64,000 nucleotides of DNA. Origin: Ptychomitrium polyphyllum (taxonomy: Eukaryota). A program made the position numbers and the translations under genes. The first letter of the stretch is position 1. The number at the start of each line of letters is the position of its first letter. Shown here in pieces: positions 48,704 to 63,360 of the stretch. The notes below the pieces were generated by a model. It was not told the DNA's origin. It made no database searches and worked only from the letters and a program-made list of their open reading frames with translations. Location of the stretch: the NCBI GenBank assembly GCA_973851085.1, contig OZ316776.1, positions 13,764,001-13,828,000 on the forward strand, given 5' to 3'.

Positions 48704-51700
48704 CTCTGTGAGCATTGCATTTCGCATCTCGTAATTAAGAAAATGCCCTGCCGATAAAGCTTTATCTACGAAAGCGGCAGATTTATGATGTCTCCAATTT
48801 TTCGCTCCTTAAGCACCTCCTGCACAGTGCCTTCTGGGTTATCATTATCCTCCATCAGTACCTAGAGTGCCAAAGATTATTCAACATGGTTACTTACATG
48901 TTTCTTTGTTAATTCGGCACCATAGTAACCAATACACTTGCACTTCCAAAACCACTTTTGTCTTGAAATTTTGAAGATCAAAGCTAGAACAAAGAGACAA
49001 AGAGACGGTTTGTTCCTGCAAAGCCAAAAGTTGCTTCACCTTGTTTTGTGACATATACAACAAGTTTGAATACAAGACATGGGTATTTTTGGCCAAAGAA
49101 AAACCATGGACGGTAATGGGAAGATACTACAATAATCGAGATGGAAATCGTTTTCTTCTATGAATCAAATTTTTAGTTGCCATTCCAAAAATACTCCTAA
49201 AATAATTCAATGAAGAAGATTTTTCCGCAGTAATTACTCCATTTAAGCGGCCAAATTATTTTATGTTTTTGGACAAAATATAAAAAAAACCTTATAACTT
49301 GGTCATATGTGTCTATCCATTTGTCCACACTTATAACTTAATTTAATTTTAATTTTTACCTTTTTAACTTTTTTCTATTATTTTTATTTTCTAAATATTT
49401 ATTGTTTATTGTTTATTTTACTATTTAATTTATTTTTTATATTTTATTTTTATCTTATTGCTGTTTATTACTGTTTATTATTTGGTGTTTTTTGTTTACA
49501 ATTTATTTTTTATACTTTTATTGATTATTGATAATTTTTAGCTTATTTTTTATTCTTTTATTCTTTGTTATTTATTTATTTATTTTTATTGTTTTTTTAA
49601 AAACTTTTACAATTGTACAAAAGTTTGTATTAAATGCCATCACATTAAAATTTATGAATTTTTTTTTAAATAAATGAATTTCCTTAATTATTCTTTATAT
49701 TAGGGATTTTTGGATTTTATTTGTTAACTTTTTAATTAGATAAGATAAAGACAAAGGTTCCAATCATTCTTTTATAAATTAAATTTTTATACATGGTATA
49801 TAAGAATTAAGATTTCAATTACTTGTGTCTACATTGGCTATTTATGATTGCAGTATTTCATATTTATGCCTTTTTCCACAATATAGATAATACTCATTTT
49901 ATTACAGTTTGAATCCACTTCCACCATTTTAAATCGGTCATGGTCCTAACAACTTTAAATAAACTAATTTTTGTTTGTACTTTTAAATCCAACCTTATAA
50001 TTAATTTCATGTTTTTTTCAACATAAATGTCATTATAATTTATCATTCCATTAAGATAGTTTTTTTTATGGATCTAATTACCAATTAAGTTCATTTAAAA
50101 GTGAAATTATTCATTTTATTCATTCATAATTCATCTATCATTTTTAATCTAAAATTCATCCATTAAATTTGGTAAATGAACCTTAAATCATCCACATAGA
50201 AAACCAAAGTAAGTAGATAACTTTAAAATAAGCCCACAATAAAAAATAATCCTATTTCAAATTGAGTTTTTGTACTAAAAAAGAAATGATGCATTTAAAT
50301 TTAAGCATAGGAATTATGGTGTGCTTTCAAAACTTAGCCTTTATAATAAGGATAAAAGTTCATTTAAGGAATTAATCAATAAGTAGATTGTACTTTTGTT
50401 GTTTGATTTAATTTTGAATCTAGAAGACAAATAGTAATTGAGATTAAAAGAGGGGCAATATGTGAAGAAGTTAATTGCAAAGTTCAATGTATCTTAAACA
50501 AGTTTATATGGTAATATACTGGAACACTATGGTAACTGAAAGCCGCATTATTTGAGCACCAAAATTTCATTGTTTTTCAATTTTGTCCCACATTTGACTA
50601 ACCAAATATTGGAAATTTCATCATAGTAGATCTTGATCCATTTCCTGAATATACCCTTTATGCAATGTCCAATATTTTTTGGACAAAAGTTTAAATTCTA
50701 GAAAATTGTCACATTTATAAGGTAATTGTGGTAGTTTCTTTAATATGAAGGAATAAGAATGTTTTTCTTTTTATGCACAATATTTGCCTTATACTAATTC
50801 ATTTACATTGTTTGCATGATCCAACAAGTAGTTCCTAAACAAGCCTTTTTGCTACAAGTAATGTATTAATTATTCATATTGCAATCCAATTCTTCAACAG
50901 CTTTATTATAAATGATTTTTTTTACAAAGCTACTTAAATATATACAAGAATAATTCTTTAATCAATTTTTTTTCATATCCTTATTCTTTTACTTCTTCAC
51001 TATTTTTTTTATTGTTTATTTAATATGTTGAATTGAAAACAACTTTATTTTTATCCATGGATGGAAGCAATTAATCTTTTTGGATTATATGAGTTTTACT
51101 TCAAGCCAATATAATTATTGTGATTATATTTTTTAAGACCAATTATTTCTTCAAAAATAAAGTCTAGTGTGTGCTTGTACCATTCATTCATACCACATGT
51201 TACGAACATAGATCATGCAACATAGTCCTTAAAACATTCTAGAACCTTCTAGTATACTATAACAGCTTCTTAGAATACTTCTAGATGTCTCTATAGCCTT
51301 TTCATGTTTTTAGGAAGCTTCCTAAGAAAGTTCCTCCATCTTAGGAAACTTCTTAGGAAGGTTCTATCAACTTAGGTAACTTCCTAGGAAAATTCTTACA
51401 AAGATTCCATCATCTTAGGAAACTTCCTAGGAAGGTTCCATCAACATAGAAAACTTCCTAAGAAGATTCTACTTCTTTAAGAAACTTCCTAAGAAAGTTT
51501 CGCTACCTTAGAAAACTTCCAAGGAAGGTTCCAATTCCTTGGAAGACTCTTGGGAAGGTTCCAACCTCTTAAAAAACTTCTTAGGAAGGTTCCTTAGACT
51601 TCCAGAACATTCTTTAGCCTTATAAGGAGCTTCTTTAGAAATATCTTAGGAGATACAAACGTCATAGTATGAATAGGAGGCAAGACAAGGTATTCCTTAG

Positions 51701-54700
51701 TCTTGCCAACACAAGCTGTGGATCATCTTGAATCTTGCCTTGTTCTAGTCTTTGTATCAAGTTCTTATTAATCATTAGCTCTTTGCAAGCTAATTCTGGG
51801 AAACACTTCGTTTCTGCTTCTTGTTTCTTGTGTTCCTAACAGTTTGGCAAGACTACTCTTCATCTTTGTCAGAGCTAAGGTTCTTTGAAGAAGATTGTGG
51901 ATTACCCATCTTCTTTAAGATTCCATAGCGTCTTAAAGGTTGTGGATTATCCTCCTCTAAGTTGGCACCATAGAGTTGGTTTCTCTTTCTAGAACCAAGT
52001 ATTATTTCTTTCAAAGGGTGTGGATTTTCCTCCTTTGAAGGTACTCATAGTCTTCTTGTCTTTGATAATCTTAAGAAATTGATAACGTGCCTGGAACATC
52101 AAAGGATAGGTTTGCAACTATTGCAGACCTTCAAGAATTATTAAACACAGCTCAAACGGAACTCGCCCGTTTTCATACCACCAACAATTTGGGGCAACAT
52201 ACTCGGCAAGCTGAAGAATCCAATGGTGATATTCAAAGCCTATATCAAGAGGTTGTTCTATTGCAAGAAGCCAATATTCAAAGGGAAGGCTTACGTTAAA
52301 CCCATGCAAAGCCAAAGATTAGCATGCTAGACAAGTTCGATGGCTCAAGGTAAAAAAAAAGATGCTTTGTTCAACAAATAAGACTCTTCTTTAGTTTGCA
52401 TCAATCTCGCTATCCTGATGGCACAACTTAAGTGGGATTTGTGGCCACTCTTTTATCAAATAATGCACTATTGTGGTTTACACCACTAATGGAGAAGTAG
52501 TCACCATTATTGAACAACTTAGATACTTTCATAGAAGCATTAACATCTACTTTTGGAGACACCGACCGAGAGAGGGTGGCTGAGACAAGGATCCAGAGTC
52601 TCCAACAAGGACAGCGCTCAGCTGTTATATATGCTGTAGAGTTTTGACAATTAGCTTGCAACCTTGATTGGAATGATAAAGCTTTGGTCACACGATTTCG
52701 ATGGAACCTAAGAGAGAATGTAAAAAACTTGCTATTCACAATGCTAAAAGTTGTAACATTGGACGAAATCATCACTCAAGCAATAACATGTGACAACAGA
52801 CTATTTGAGAGGCGCCAAGAATAACGCTTGGAATGGCGACTAATACATCAAAGCATGGCCACCACTTCTTCAAGAGTATCAAGAAGTTGACCGCACGGAC
52901 TAGAACCTTAGCAAATTGATACTGCCTAGTTCAAACATTTGACTCCAGAAGAAAAAGAAAGGCGTCAAATAGAAAACTTGTGTTTGTATTGTGGCAAACC
53001 TAAACACAAAGTGCGCAATTGCTAAATCAAAGGATCTTCCTTTAAGGCTGAGAGTACAATGGTGGAGTTGGAAACGACGTCCAGTCACAGTAGGGACTAT
53101 GCAAGTGGACACCACAAGGAAACAACAATCAAATCAAGGTCTCTTACTACCTTCAAATCCTACCTCTTGTTTTACATTTCCTATCAAAATTAAATTGTTA
53201 GATGATGAAATAATTAGTGAGGCTCTTTTTGACACTGGTGCAACGGCATATTTTATGGACAAGGATTTTGCAACCAAACATCACATGGTGCCTCTGAAGA
53301 AAAAATACTCCGCACTTATTGAAGTTATTGATGGACGATCTCTTGCGTCTGGCAAAGTTATTGAAGAAACTCAACCCTTGGAAGTTGTTTTAGAAGACCA
53401 GGCATTTAAGCTTGTTTTCAACATCATTCAATGCCAAACGAATCCTATTGTTTTGGGCCTTGGTTTGAATTATATAATCCAGACATTGACTGGCGCTCAC
53501 GGAGTGTGGTCTCAAAGAAAAGACGTCAAGAGACAAGAAATCTTGGACTATTATTTATTGGAGCTAAGGCATTTATGAGAGCAACAAAGGATGAACTAAT
53601 CTATGCCATTTATGCCACGCCAATGTCTAGCTCTATTATAGAGACTAATCAAAATATACCTCGTTAATATTAAGATTATAAAGACGTTTTTGAAAAGAAG
53701 AATGCGGACATATTATCAAAGCTCCGGCCTTACGACTGTAACATTGAGTTGCAAGAAGGAATCCAATCATCTTTTGAACCTATGTATAACTTATCACAAA
53801 CCAAGTTGATTGCCTTGAGAGAATATATTGATGAAAACCTAGAAAAGGGTTTCATTCAACACTCTAAATCACCGGCTAGAGCACCCATTCTATTTGTAAA
53901 GAAGAAAGATGGATCATTACATATGTGCATGGCCTATCGAGGCCTCAATAAAGTGACCGAGAAGAATCACTATCCATTACCATTAATCTCAGGACTCCTA
54001 CAACAACTTGGCCAAGCAAAGATATTCACCAAAATTGATCTTAGAGGAGCCTACAATCTTGTACGCATCAAAAAAGGAGACGAATGGAAGACAGCTTTTC
54101 AATCTAAGTATGGTCATTTTAAATACAATGTCATGCCTTTTGGCCTTACTGATGCCCCTGCAGTTTTTCAACATATGATGAATGATATCTTCCATGAACA
54201 TTTGGACAATTTTGTAGTCATCTATTCCAATGACATTTTGATATATTCATTGGATGAACAAGACCACGAATGTCATGTGCGACTGGTCTTGGAAAAACTA
54301 TGCTAGCGAGGATTATATGCCAAATTGGAGAAGTGCCTTTTCCATGAATCATCAGTTGAATTTTTAGGCTATATCATTTCCAAAGGAGGAATCCATATGG
54401 ATAAGGAAAAATAAAAACACTGTCATCATGTGAATACGCCAAGATCAATTTGACATGTCAAATGCTTCTTGGAATTTGCAAACTTCTACAGGACATTCAT
54501 CAAGGATTATTCCAAGATTGCAGCACCATTAACATGTGTTACATGGAAGCAAAAGTTCATTTGGGATGAAGAAGCGGAAAAAACATTTCAAAGTTTAAAG
54601 AAGTCATTCACGTTGGCTTCAATTCTTATTCATCCAAATCCATCAAAGCCTTTTTATTTGGAAGCGGATGCCTCAGATTTTGCGCTTGGCACAGTACTCT

Positions 54701-56573
54701 CAGAATATGACAAAGACGAGAGACTTCATCCTCTTATCTTTTGTTTAAGGAAGTTCTCAGCGGCAGAGATCAATTATGATATACATGATAAAGAACTACC
54801 TGCAATTGTGGATGCGTTTGAAGAATGGCGACACTTATTGGAAGGAGTTCAACATACCATCATGATATACACAGACCACAAGAACTTGAAGTATTTCATG
54901 AGTGCGCGCGTTTTGAATCGCCATCAAGCAATGTGGATTATGTCGCTTTCCAGATTTGACTTTGTCATTACCTATCGATTTGGTAGCTTGCAAGGTAAGC
55001 CAGATGCCTTATCTCGAAGATCTTATTTAGCTCCTCAACCTGGAAATGATGTTTTGAATCAACAAAGGACTATTTTATTGAAGCCTGAGAATCTTCAATT
55101 GAAAGCAGCCATTATTACAACAACATTCCACTTTGACAAAATTCGGAAGGCTTTAAAGAATGACGTTTTTGTTTTAAATATAAAGAAGCGCCTCAAAGAC
55201 AATGGAGGTCCTTCAAATAGCGATGAGGACTTTGAATTCCAAGAGGGCCTACTTTATTATAAAAAACTTTTGTACCTACATCTAGGCCCTTTGCGGTTAA
55301 AGATTCTTCAAGCACGTCATGATTTTCCAGCAGCAGGACATTTTGGATTCAATAAAACAATGGAATTGATTGTTAGAGACTATTGGTGGTCAAAAATGTG
55401 GAAGTACGTGAACAACTTTGTTCGATCATGCGACACTTGTGCAAGAGCCCAGGTACCAAGACACCAACCTCATAGTCTCTTCCATCCGCATCGAGTGCTA
55501 AAGGGCCCATGGTTGTCTTTATCAATGGATTTTATCACGAACCTTCCAAATCCCGAATCTAAGGATTATATTTTGATATTGGTAGATCGATTTACCAAAA
55601 TGGCACATTTCATTCCATGCAACAAGACGGTAACGAGTGAAGAAACTACCAAGTTGTTCCTAAATCACGTCTACCATATACATGGACTACTAGATGATAT
55701 TGTATCCGATTGAGGGCCGCAGTTCATTTCCAACTTTTGGAGGGCTCTATTCCAGCTGTTGTGTGTAAAGATCAATTTTTCTTCAGCACACCATCCGCAA
55801 ACTGATGGCCAAACACAACGTGTAAATTAAATTTTGGAACAGTACCTTTGTTGTAGCATAAACTACCAGCAAGACAATTGGATGGACCTCTTGCCTTTGG
55901 TAGAATTTGCTTACAACAATACGGTGCATTCTTCAACAACTCAAAATCCATTCTTTACAAACTATGGCCATCATCCCCGAGCAGATTGATTTCAAGTGAA
56001 GCTTGTTGAAAGTCCTGCTGCGCTGGCTTTTGCAATTCAACTTGCTAAAATCCATCAAGAAACTGCCTTATAGTTACAACAAGCTCAAGATCATTACAAA
56101 ACTTATGCAAATTGTTATCGAAAGAACCATCTAAAGTACAAGGTTGGAAAAAGCGTATGGCTCCTACGACAAAATATACAATCAAAAAAACCATCAAAGA
56201 AATTGGACTATTAAATTCTGGGACCGTTTGATATCAACAAACAAATAAATCCGGTTAGTTATGGCCTAAAGCTACCACCAAGCATGCAAATTCATCCAGT
56301 ATTCCACGTATTGTTGTTGGAAACTTATAACAAATCGTATATACCAGAAAGAATTGTCCTTCTGCCTCCACCGTTGGAAATCAATAATGAAATTGAATAT
56401 GAAGCGGAAGAGATCTTAGATTCACGCATAAAAAATGGATGTGTGGAGCACTTAATACATTGGCAAGGATATGGCATAAGTGACCAAACATTGGGACCTT
56501 CAACAAATATAACAAATGCATCCGACAAGGTACACAAATTTCATCAAAGATATCCTCAGAAACCAGGTCAGTG

Positions 56574-57173
56574 ATGATGTGTCATCAGTAGCCATTAGCT
56601 TCACAGACAAGTTTTTTCTTCATAGACAAGTATAAGAAGAGAATAGAGATATCCAAACCTCCAATTGTATGCAGCATTATTTCCAAGATAAATCATTTCC
56701 AGATCCTAGCTAGGATGTCAAATCTTTGTGTTATCATAAACAAGCGTGAAGAGTAGTCGGCCATGCCTTCATCAACAACAGCATCTGTTGAGCCAACTCA
56801 ACTTTCTCAGCCCTCGACACCAGAGGATCTAAGTCAAGATATGGGAGGGACATCACAATGTCAAGTACGACCTCGTGCAGAAGTATTGATTAGTCGCCTT
56901 TTAGATTTGAGTCTTGATTCAAATGCTCGGGCTCTAGTCATCTTGTTAGAAATTGGAAGAGTCACTCCTGGAGGACCCGAAATCTTGTTTGGAGGATGTT
57001 TTGAAGGACTTAATCAAGATCAGATCTTAGGATGGGACATTTCAACAACAGAAGTCTTGGTTGGTGGCCATCAACACTTCTTGCAAGGACCAGTTGAATT
57101 AGTGAATTAAGAACAACAAGCAGAGTATGTTGTTTCACTCCTTGGACAAATTTTGGAATTTGTAGAAACGTGA
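56574..57173 (+). pseudogene. Hidden third ORF in RLG1-like copy 2
   Basis: Same 600-nt frame as 20453-21052; includes the 115-aa ORF 56763-57110 of the track. Confidence 0.55.
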
Positions 57174-57335
57174 TAAGAAAGCCAAGGAAAGAGCTCCTCA
57201 TGGGACTTGTTGCTAAATGGGGAGGTGATGTCACAGACATAGAACATGCAACATAGTCCTTAGAACATTCTAAAACCTTCTAGTATACTAAAATAGCTTC
57301 TTAGGAGACTTTTAGATGTCTTCATAGTCTTTCAA

Positions 57336-58473
57336 TGTCGCAACCCTTGCAATGCACCTTAGCAAGCGTCACGCGCGTCAACCCTGTACACCTCCACATG
57401 CACATAGTTAACCCCCATTTTCACTTTCCAAGCCTTTCTACCATTTCTCTTAAGACACCCAATTTATTAGTAGCCAATGGTTAGGTGCGGACTTCCATTC
57501 ATGTCCAAAACCTCTTTGGTGTTACTCCCATTCCACACGGCCTAACTGCACTTAGTGGTGTCTCCTCACTACCACTCATGATGCCCAAATGATCCTAAAA
57601 TCACCCCGGGCCATCATGGTGCCGGCGTGAAGACACCACCCCAATTTAGTCGTAACAAGCGTACCCTTTTGAACGTGCTAGTTCCCTTTGTGAAACCGGT
57701 CGTCCACCGGCTCACAATGGTGTGGGAATCCCCGTGGTGAAGCCCAAACACTAGCTCCACCAACCGAGATTCACCCTTGGTCTCTACCGTGACACTAGGG
57801 GAGTGGGGAGGGGGACCAGCCCTCCTTTATAGTACTCTCTGTGGGATTTAGCAGGCCCCCTGGCCCTCTGGAGCTAGTTGAACCCCGATACACCTAGAGT
57901 TTTGGAAGACCACCCGATCTCCCTTGGGACTTAGCCGCTGGAAGCCTCCGGGACTCTTAGCGGACCTTCAGGGCGCCATATCTTTCTCATCCGGTGCCCG
58001 AATGTATCATGCAACCACTCTATTGTCATCTACTTTTCACATAGATGTCGATAGACTCCTCAAACGTCCGATTTGAGTTAGTATTCTGGGAGATACGCCT
58101 CTCCCAAGGTTCGGGACTCTCGGGGAGTCCCTCCCTGGACTATCCCACTCCAGCACAGTGTAGGGCTGCCACACTCTAAAACAGCCCCTTGGCAACCCCA
58201 ACTTTGGGATGCCATAACTTTTAGCTCCCATGTCCAATTTGGGCAATCCTTAGCATTCTAGAATCAGCTCTTCATGATTCCTTTAATGCCCACGATTTAT
58301 CCCTCGTGGCCCTCGATGTACATGGGCAAGGATGTTTCTCCCCCTAGGGGTCCTTCCCATGTTAGGCCCACTCGGTTCTCCTCACTATCGGCGCCACAAG
58401 TCCTGGACTTCACTTCGGGGTCCCTCTTGTGCCCTTAGTGTTGTGGGCACTCCTCAGGGCGAGGTGCGCGACA
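57336..58473 (-). mobile_element. Solo LTR of the element C family inserted in the 3' LTR of RLG1-like copy 2
   Basis: Reverse-complement homolog of 31162-32295 with TGTCGC...GCGACA ends; perfect TSD TTCAA (57331-57335 and 58474-58478). Confidence 0.95.
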
Positions 58474-61400
58474 TTCAAGGTTCTTAGGAAGCTTCCTAGG
58501 AAAGTTCTTCCACCTTAAGAAACTTCCTAAGAAGGTTCTATCATTTTAAGTAACTTCGTAGGAAACTTCCTACAAAGGTTCCATCACCTTGGAAAACTTC
58601 CTTGGAAGGTTCTGCTACCTTTGGAAACTTCCAAGGAAGGTTCCAACTCCTTGGAAGCTTCTTTGGAAGGTTCCAACCTCTTAGAGAACTTCTTGGGAAG
58701 GTTCCGTAGACTTCTACAACATTCTTGAGTCTTGTAGGAAGCTTCTTTAGAAGTATCATAGGAGATACATACGTCCTAGTATAAATAGGAGGCAAGACAA
58801 GGTATTCCTTAGTCTTGCCAACACAGGTTGTGGATCATTTTGAATCTTGCCTTGTTCTAGTCTTTGTATCAAGTTCTTGTTAATCATTAGCTCTTTGGAA
58901 GCTAATTCTTGAGAAACACTTCGTTTCTACTTCTTGTTTCTTGCGTCCCCAACACCACAAAACCTTGCCATGGCATTTCCAATCTTTACTAGGTTTTTAT
59001 TCCTCTAAATTCTACAAAGCTTAAGTTTGTCTCTTTTTGGCTCTTTTTGTGTTTGTTTATCCTTTAAAATGCATCAGCAACTAGTAACTTGCGAGGAGGC
59101 CCTTACATAGTTGTTCAAGGTAGCATTAATAATATTCATTTGCTTCTTCTTTAAATATGAGAACCACTTATTGTAAACCATTTCAAAGAGATTGTACAAA
59201 AGCTTGTTTTCCGCTCCCTGTTAAATAGATCCTAAACCACCATAGGAAATGAAGTTAACACCAAGTTGTAGAAATGAAAATCAAATTTATGGCAAATATA
59301 AATTCTTGGAAGCAAATATTTTTGTAGAGAATGACAGAAATACAAATGAAGATTTAAAAAAAATGAGCTAAGTTGAATTTATGAGTTGCATTGCTCTTTT
59401 CACTTGATATAGTGATACTACCAAAATGCTAGCTACTAATTAAGTTTCAAACAAGTATTTTTTTGGTTTTTTATAGGCACTTCTTGTATTTGTTCTAGTA
59501 CTTATTGAAAACAGCACGTTCCAGTTGATTTATGAGCTATTAGCCATGAAACTTTTAAACTTGGATTTTGACAAGCCATTGATTAATTACATGTTTTTAA
59601 ATCCAAGCCGTAATAGCATTTTAGGCCTTCATATTTTAGAACTGCAAATTGTAGATTGCAATGGTCATGGTTTTGTTGTAAATGAGGTTGTACATATAAG
59701 AAGCCATGGTTGTAGAAGGCTTCACAAGTTTGACATGATTAAACATGATCTAAGAATCTTAGAAATCTTTATAGTTGCATTTGATTAAAAAACTCAAGTT
59801 TAGATCTAAAGGCAACATTAAATATTTTGAAGACAAAATCTTTCTTAGTATTTTCTTCCAAGAATTTCTTTTCATGTAGAAATTGCCAAACATTTTATGA
59901 TGTGCTAAGTCTAATTAGTTTTGTAAGAGTATCCATGTTGCAATAGTTGCCTGAAATTGAAGATTTTGTACCTAATTTAGGATGAAGTAAAGACCTAAAT
60001 ATTATCTCGTACAAGGATACAAGTGGTTTTTTCTCTGTGTCATCATCCTTGGCCAAGAAGAACTTCCCAAAGAACCTCTTATTGGTCTCCATAACAATCT
60101 TTGGATGTATTATAGTAGGAGTCTTTTGGATTTGGTCTCTTTTTTGTTTATTTGGCTTACATGACTATATTGCAGCAAATGCCAAGCTTCATAAGGTGAT
60201 TGTAACGGTCCAAATGGATGTAAATATAAGTCACATTTAGTGGCATGTTAATACAATATATTTTGGCTAAACAAGTAATAATGCAACAAAATGGAAATTT
60301 ACAAACTACACAAAGGGTGGAGTCTTTGGAAAGAGAGCATTTGATTTGAAGCTGACTTTTGGAATGTCCATTTTATTTTGTGTAATCAATCCAATAGGCA
60401 ACTTTTGTGCTCAAAAAAGCCACACTTGGAATTTGTATACTATATAGAAGTAGGCAAGGCAGTTAAGATTGGAATGGCTGCACAAATAATGAATAATTGG
60501 TTTAGGTGGGCAATAGTCGTAATGGCCAAACTGAACCATCATGACTAGTACCAAGTCTTGGCATAAACTGTCATCATTAAGATTAGCGGATGTAATGATA
60601 GATTTAGATGAATTAGAAGTTATGAATAGTTGGACTTAGAAGTCTTCAATATATTAATAATGTTTGATTTTTTTAACATTCACAATGACAAGATCATGAT
60701 TAAAGTGGTTTAGAGCTACTAGTAAGATTGAATTATAGTAGGTACCAAATGCGGTATGGACCATACCGTTTGTTTTTAGTTTATTAATATGAAAATTTGC
60801 TCCTTTTAAATATCAAAGAACATAATCATAAAGGTTGAAAGTAATATTTTTACTTTGAGTCATGGTAAGTTGACGTTAGTTTTATTTTAATGTGCCTTCA
60901 TGAACTTGGGCGTGTAGGTAATTTTTGTCTAGTTTCTCCTAATAATAATTTGGGTGGCAAGAACACAGTGGTGGTCAAAAATTTTATTACCAAAGGTTTA
61001 AAAAGCAGGCATTAGGTATTCGGTAGGCATGAAGAGAAGTAGGCCGTTGTTGTAATGTGATTAACTATACATGTTAGGACTTGATTAGTATTTGTTCTTT
61101 TGTTGAATTTAAATTATTGTATTTGGAAGAGACTATTTGAAAAAAGGAATAATTAGATTAAAAAAAGTCATGGTGAAACTACAATTGTATTTATTTTATA
61201 AGTGGAACCGCATCTTGTCTTAGCTTAGGATAAATAGGTCAATTGATTGTAGTATTTTCCTGCCTGTTATTTTCGCTAGCAATACCAAGTCAAGTGTTAC
61301 CGTTCTACTCAACAAATCCGACAAGAATCAAATACGGACCGGTACAGCAGCTGGAACTTATTCAGTAACCAAGTTCATGACTTGTTGTCTGATCCTACCT

Positions 61401-62409
61401 CGACGATGATATTATTCTTAATTTGTTTCTTGTTGAATTTCAATATTTTTCTTACTTTCTTTCATTTATTTTAGATTTCATTTATTTTAGATTTGTAATG
61501 GATGCTTTAGTTTTCTTTTGTAATTGGAACCTAGATGTTTCAACCAAAAGAAAAAAAAGCAAAAAAAAAGGATTTATGTTATTTTTTATTTAAAGATATG
61601 GTTAGATAAGGGCTTGATAAAGGAGATTAGAGGCTGATGTGGAGAGATAAAGCTGATGTAGAGTGATAAGAGGAGGATTTGGCAGTTTGACCACCACCTT
61701 TTTTTTTTTTCTCGGCCTCTTCCACTAGAATAAGAAGGCATCATTTCTTTGGATAATGGATATAACATACTTTTGATTTTGTGTTGATTTTTGTTGGATT
61801 TTTTTGTTTTGTTTGTAGGCTTTTCAAAATGCCATCATACGCTCCGTTTGAATTTGTAATGTAAATGTGGCATTAGTTTGCATAAAATTGGTCTAGCTGC
61901 CTTGAGTTTTGAGAGCACCTGCTTTGAGTGCTTATAACCTCTTGTAGAAACGGTATTTGAAGATGAAATTTGGAAGTATGTAACGGGATTTTAGAAGGCT
62001 GTATACAGCAAAGTTGGGATTATATATTTTGGCTATAAAAGAGGATTGGAGAGGTTTCTAAGGTTGATATTTTGGTGAAATGTTTATTGTAAGACAAGCG
62101 GTAAAGTGAGGGGGATGTGGTGAGAAGGATAAGAACTTTGATTGCAAGGTTCTCAATGAATATAGCAGCTACGGCTGTAAAACTTTTAATGTAGTTTTTT
62201 ACACTTTTTTTCAATATAGCGCCAAAATATCAAAGTCGTTAGAATTTGGAATTAGGAAATATGGACAAATTTGTAAGCAAGATTTTGAGGGCCGTATATA
62301 GTTATGGTTTGGATTTGAAGTGTGAACTTTAGAAAGTTTGTAAAGTATGATGAAAAAACTTTTGCACATGATTGATTTCAATAAAAATACCATCTTATCA
62401 AATTATTGA

Positions 62410-63360
62410 GGAATTAGTAGCAGCCAGAGGCCCGATGTTTTTTCAAAGTAAGGCTCTTTTTCTATGACACTATATAGTAAGTGGAATAGAGAGTGATTGG
62501 TAGCAATTTTTTATGCAATTTAAAAGGCAAGTATGGCTGTAGAAAGGTAGATTTTTCAATTTGTCCGATGCTCATTGAGAAGTTTGTATAGCATGCCAAA
62601 AATAATCTTGTTGGTGGACTCAGCTTGGTCATTTCTTTGGAAATAGTATGTTATCAACGTCTTGTATTTCATGAAAAAATCTTCCATTAGAGTTTGAATA
62701 ACCAAGTTGTTGAATGTACACCTTGGTTCCGACAATGTGGAGGCGGTAGACAAAGCGGGTGAGAATGTGCTTATAGAAAAACTGTGCAATTTCTACAATA
62801 GTGTTGCCTTTCAATGCAATACATTTGACTCACTTGGTAGTGTAATTGATAGCAAGTAATATATACCAATGACCATGGTGTTGGGTACAAGAAAGAAGGC
62901 CAATGAAATCTAGGCCTCATTTCATAAAACGTTTGGCTGATAAAAGTACAACTAATTTGGTGATAACAAGTTTGTAAGATTGTCATTACGTTTATAAGTA
63001 GGATAGGTGCAATAGTGGTGGAAAGTATCTTTGTAGAGAATTGGCCACCAATAACTAGCATTGCGGATATTTTAAATGATGATGTCTATCAAAAGGTGTC
63101 TACCAGAAGTGCCATAATGGAGTTTTGTAAAGAGATGCAATATCTTTGTAGTAGATATGCAGCAGCAAAAAATGAAATCTTTCCCTTATTGGTAGAGGTT
63201 GTTGTCAATAAGCTTGAATGATATAGCTATGAAAGCTAAATATTTGCGGTGTTGTCATGGTAAAAGAGCCTTTCTTTGAGAAAACATTGGGCCTTTAGCT
63301 GCTACCAATTACTCAAAAAGTTGACAAGATGGTATTTATCTAGTTATTTAAGTGAAAGAG
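62410..63360 (-). mobile_element. Highly degenerate Tat/Athila-like Gypsy integrase remnant
   Basis: VEIAQFFYKHILTRF and YYFQRNDQAESTNKIIFGMLYKLLNEHRTN resemble the integrase core (YYPQxNGQAESTNK); boundaries approximate. Confidence 0.65.

Larger units (their letters stand above)
51198..58954 (+). mobile_element. Full-length RLG1-like Ty3/Gypsy chromovirus, copy 2 (defective)
   Basis: 5' LTR 51198-51841; self-priming PBS 51844-51855; gag about 52087-53093; pol to TGA 56572-56574 with chromodomain; PPT before 57229; 3' LTR 57229-58954 split by an insertion; perfect TSD CCACA (51193-51197 and 58955-58959). Confidence 0.96.

Noticed and set aside
49300..51190. Very AT-rich low-complexity tract
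   Set aside because: No periodicity or terminal structure; ordinary intergenic or eroded repeat DNA.
59000..61420. Possible DNA-transposon remnant and a small higher-complexity island at about 61260-61410
   Set aside because: No transposase motif, TIR or RNA-gene signature could be supported by eye.
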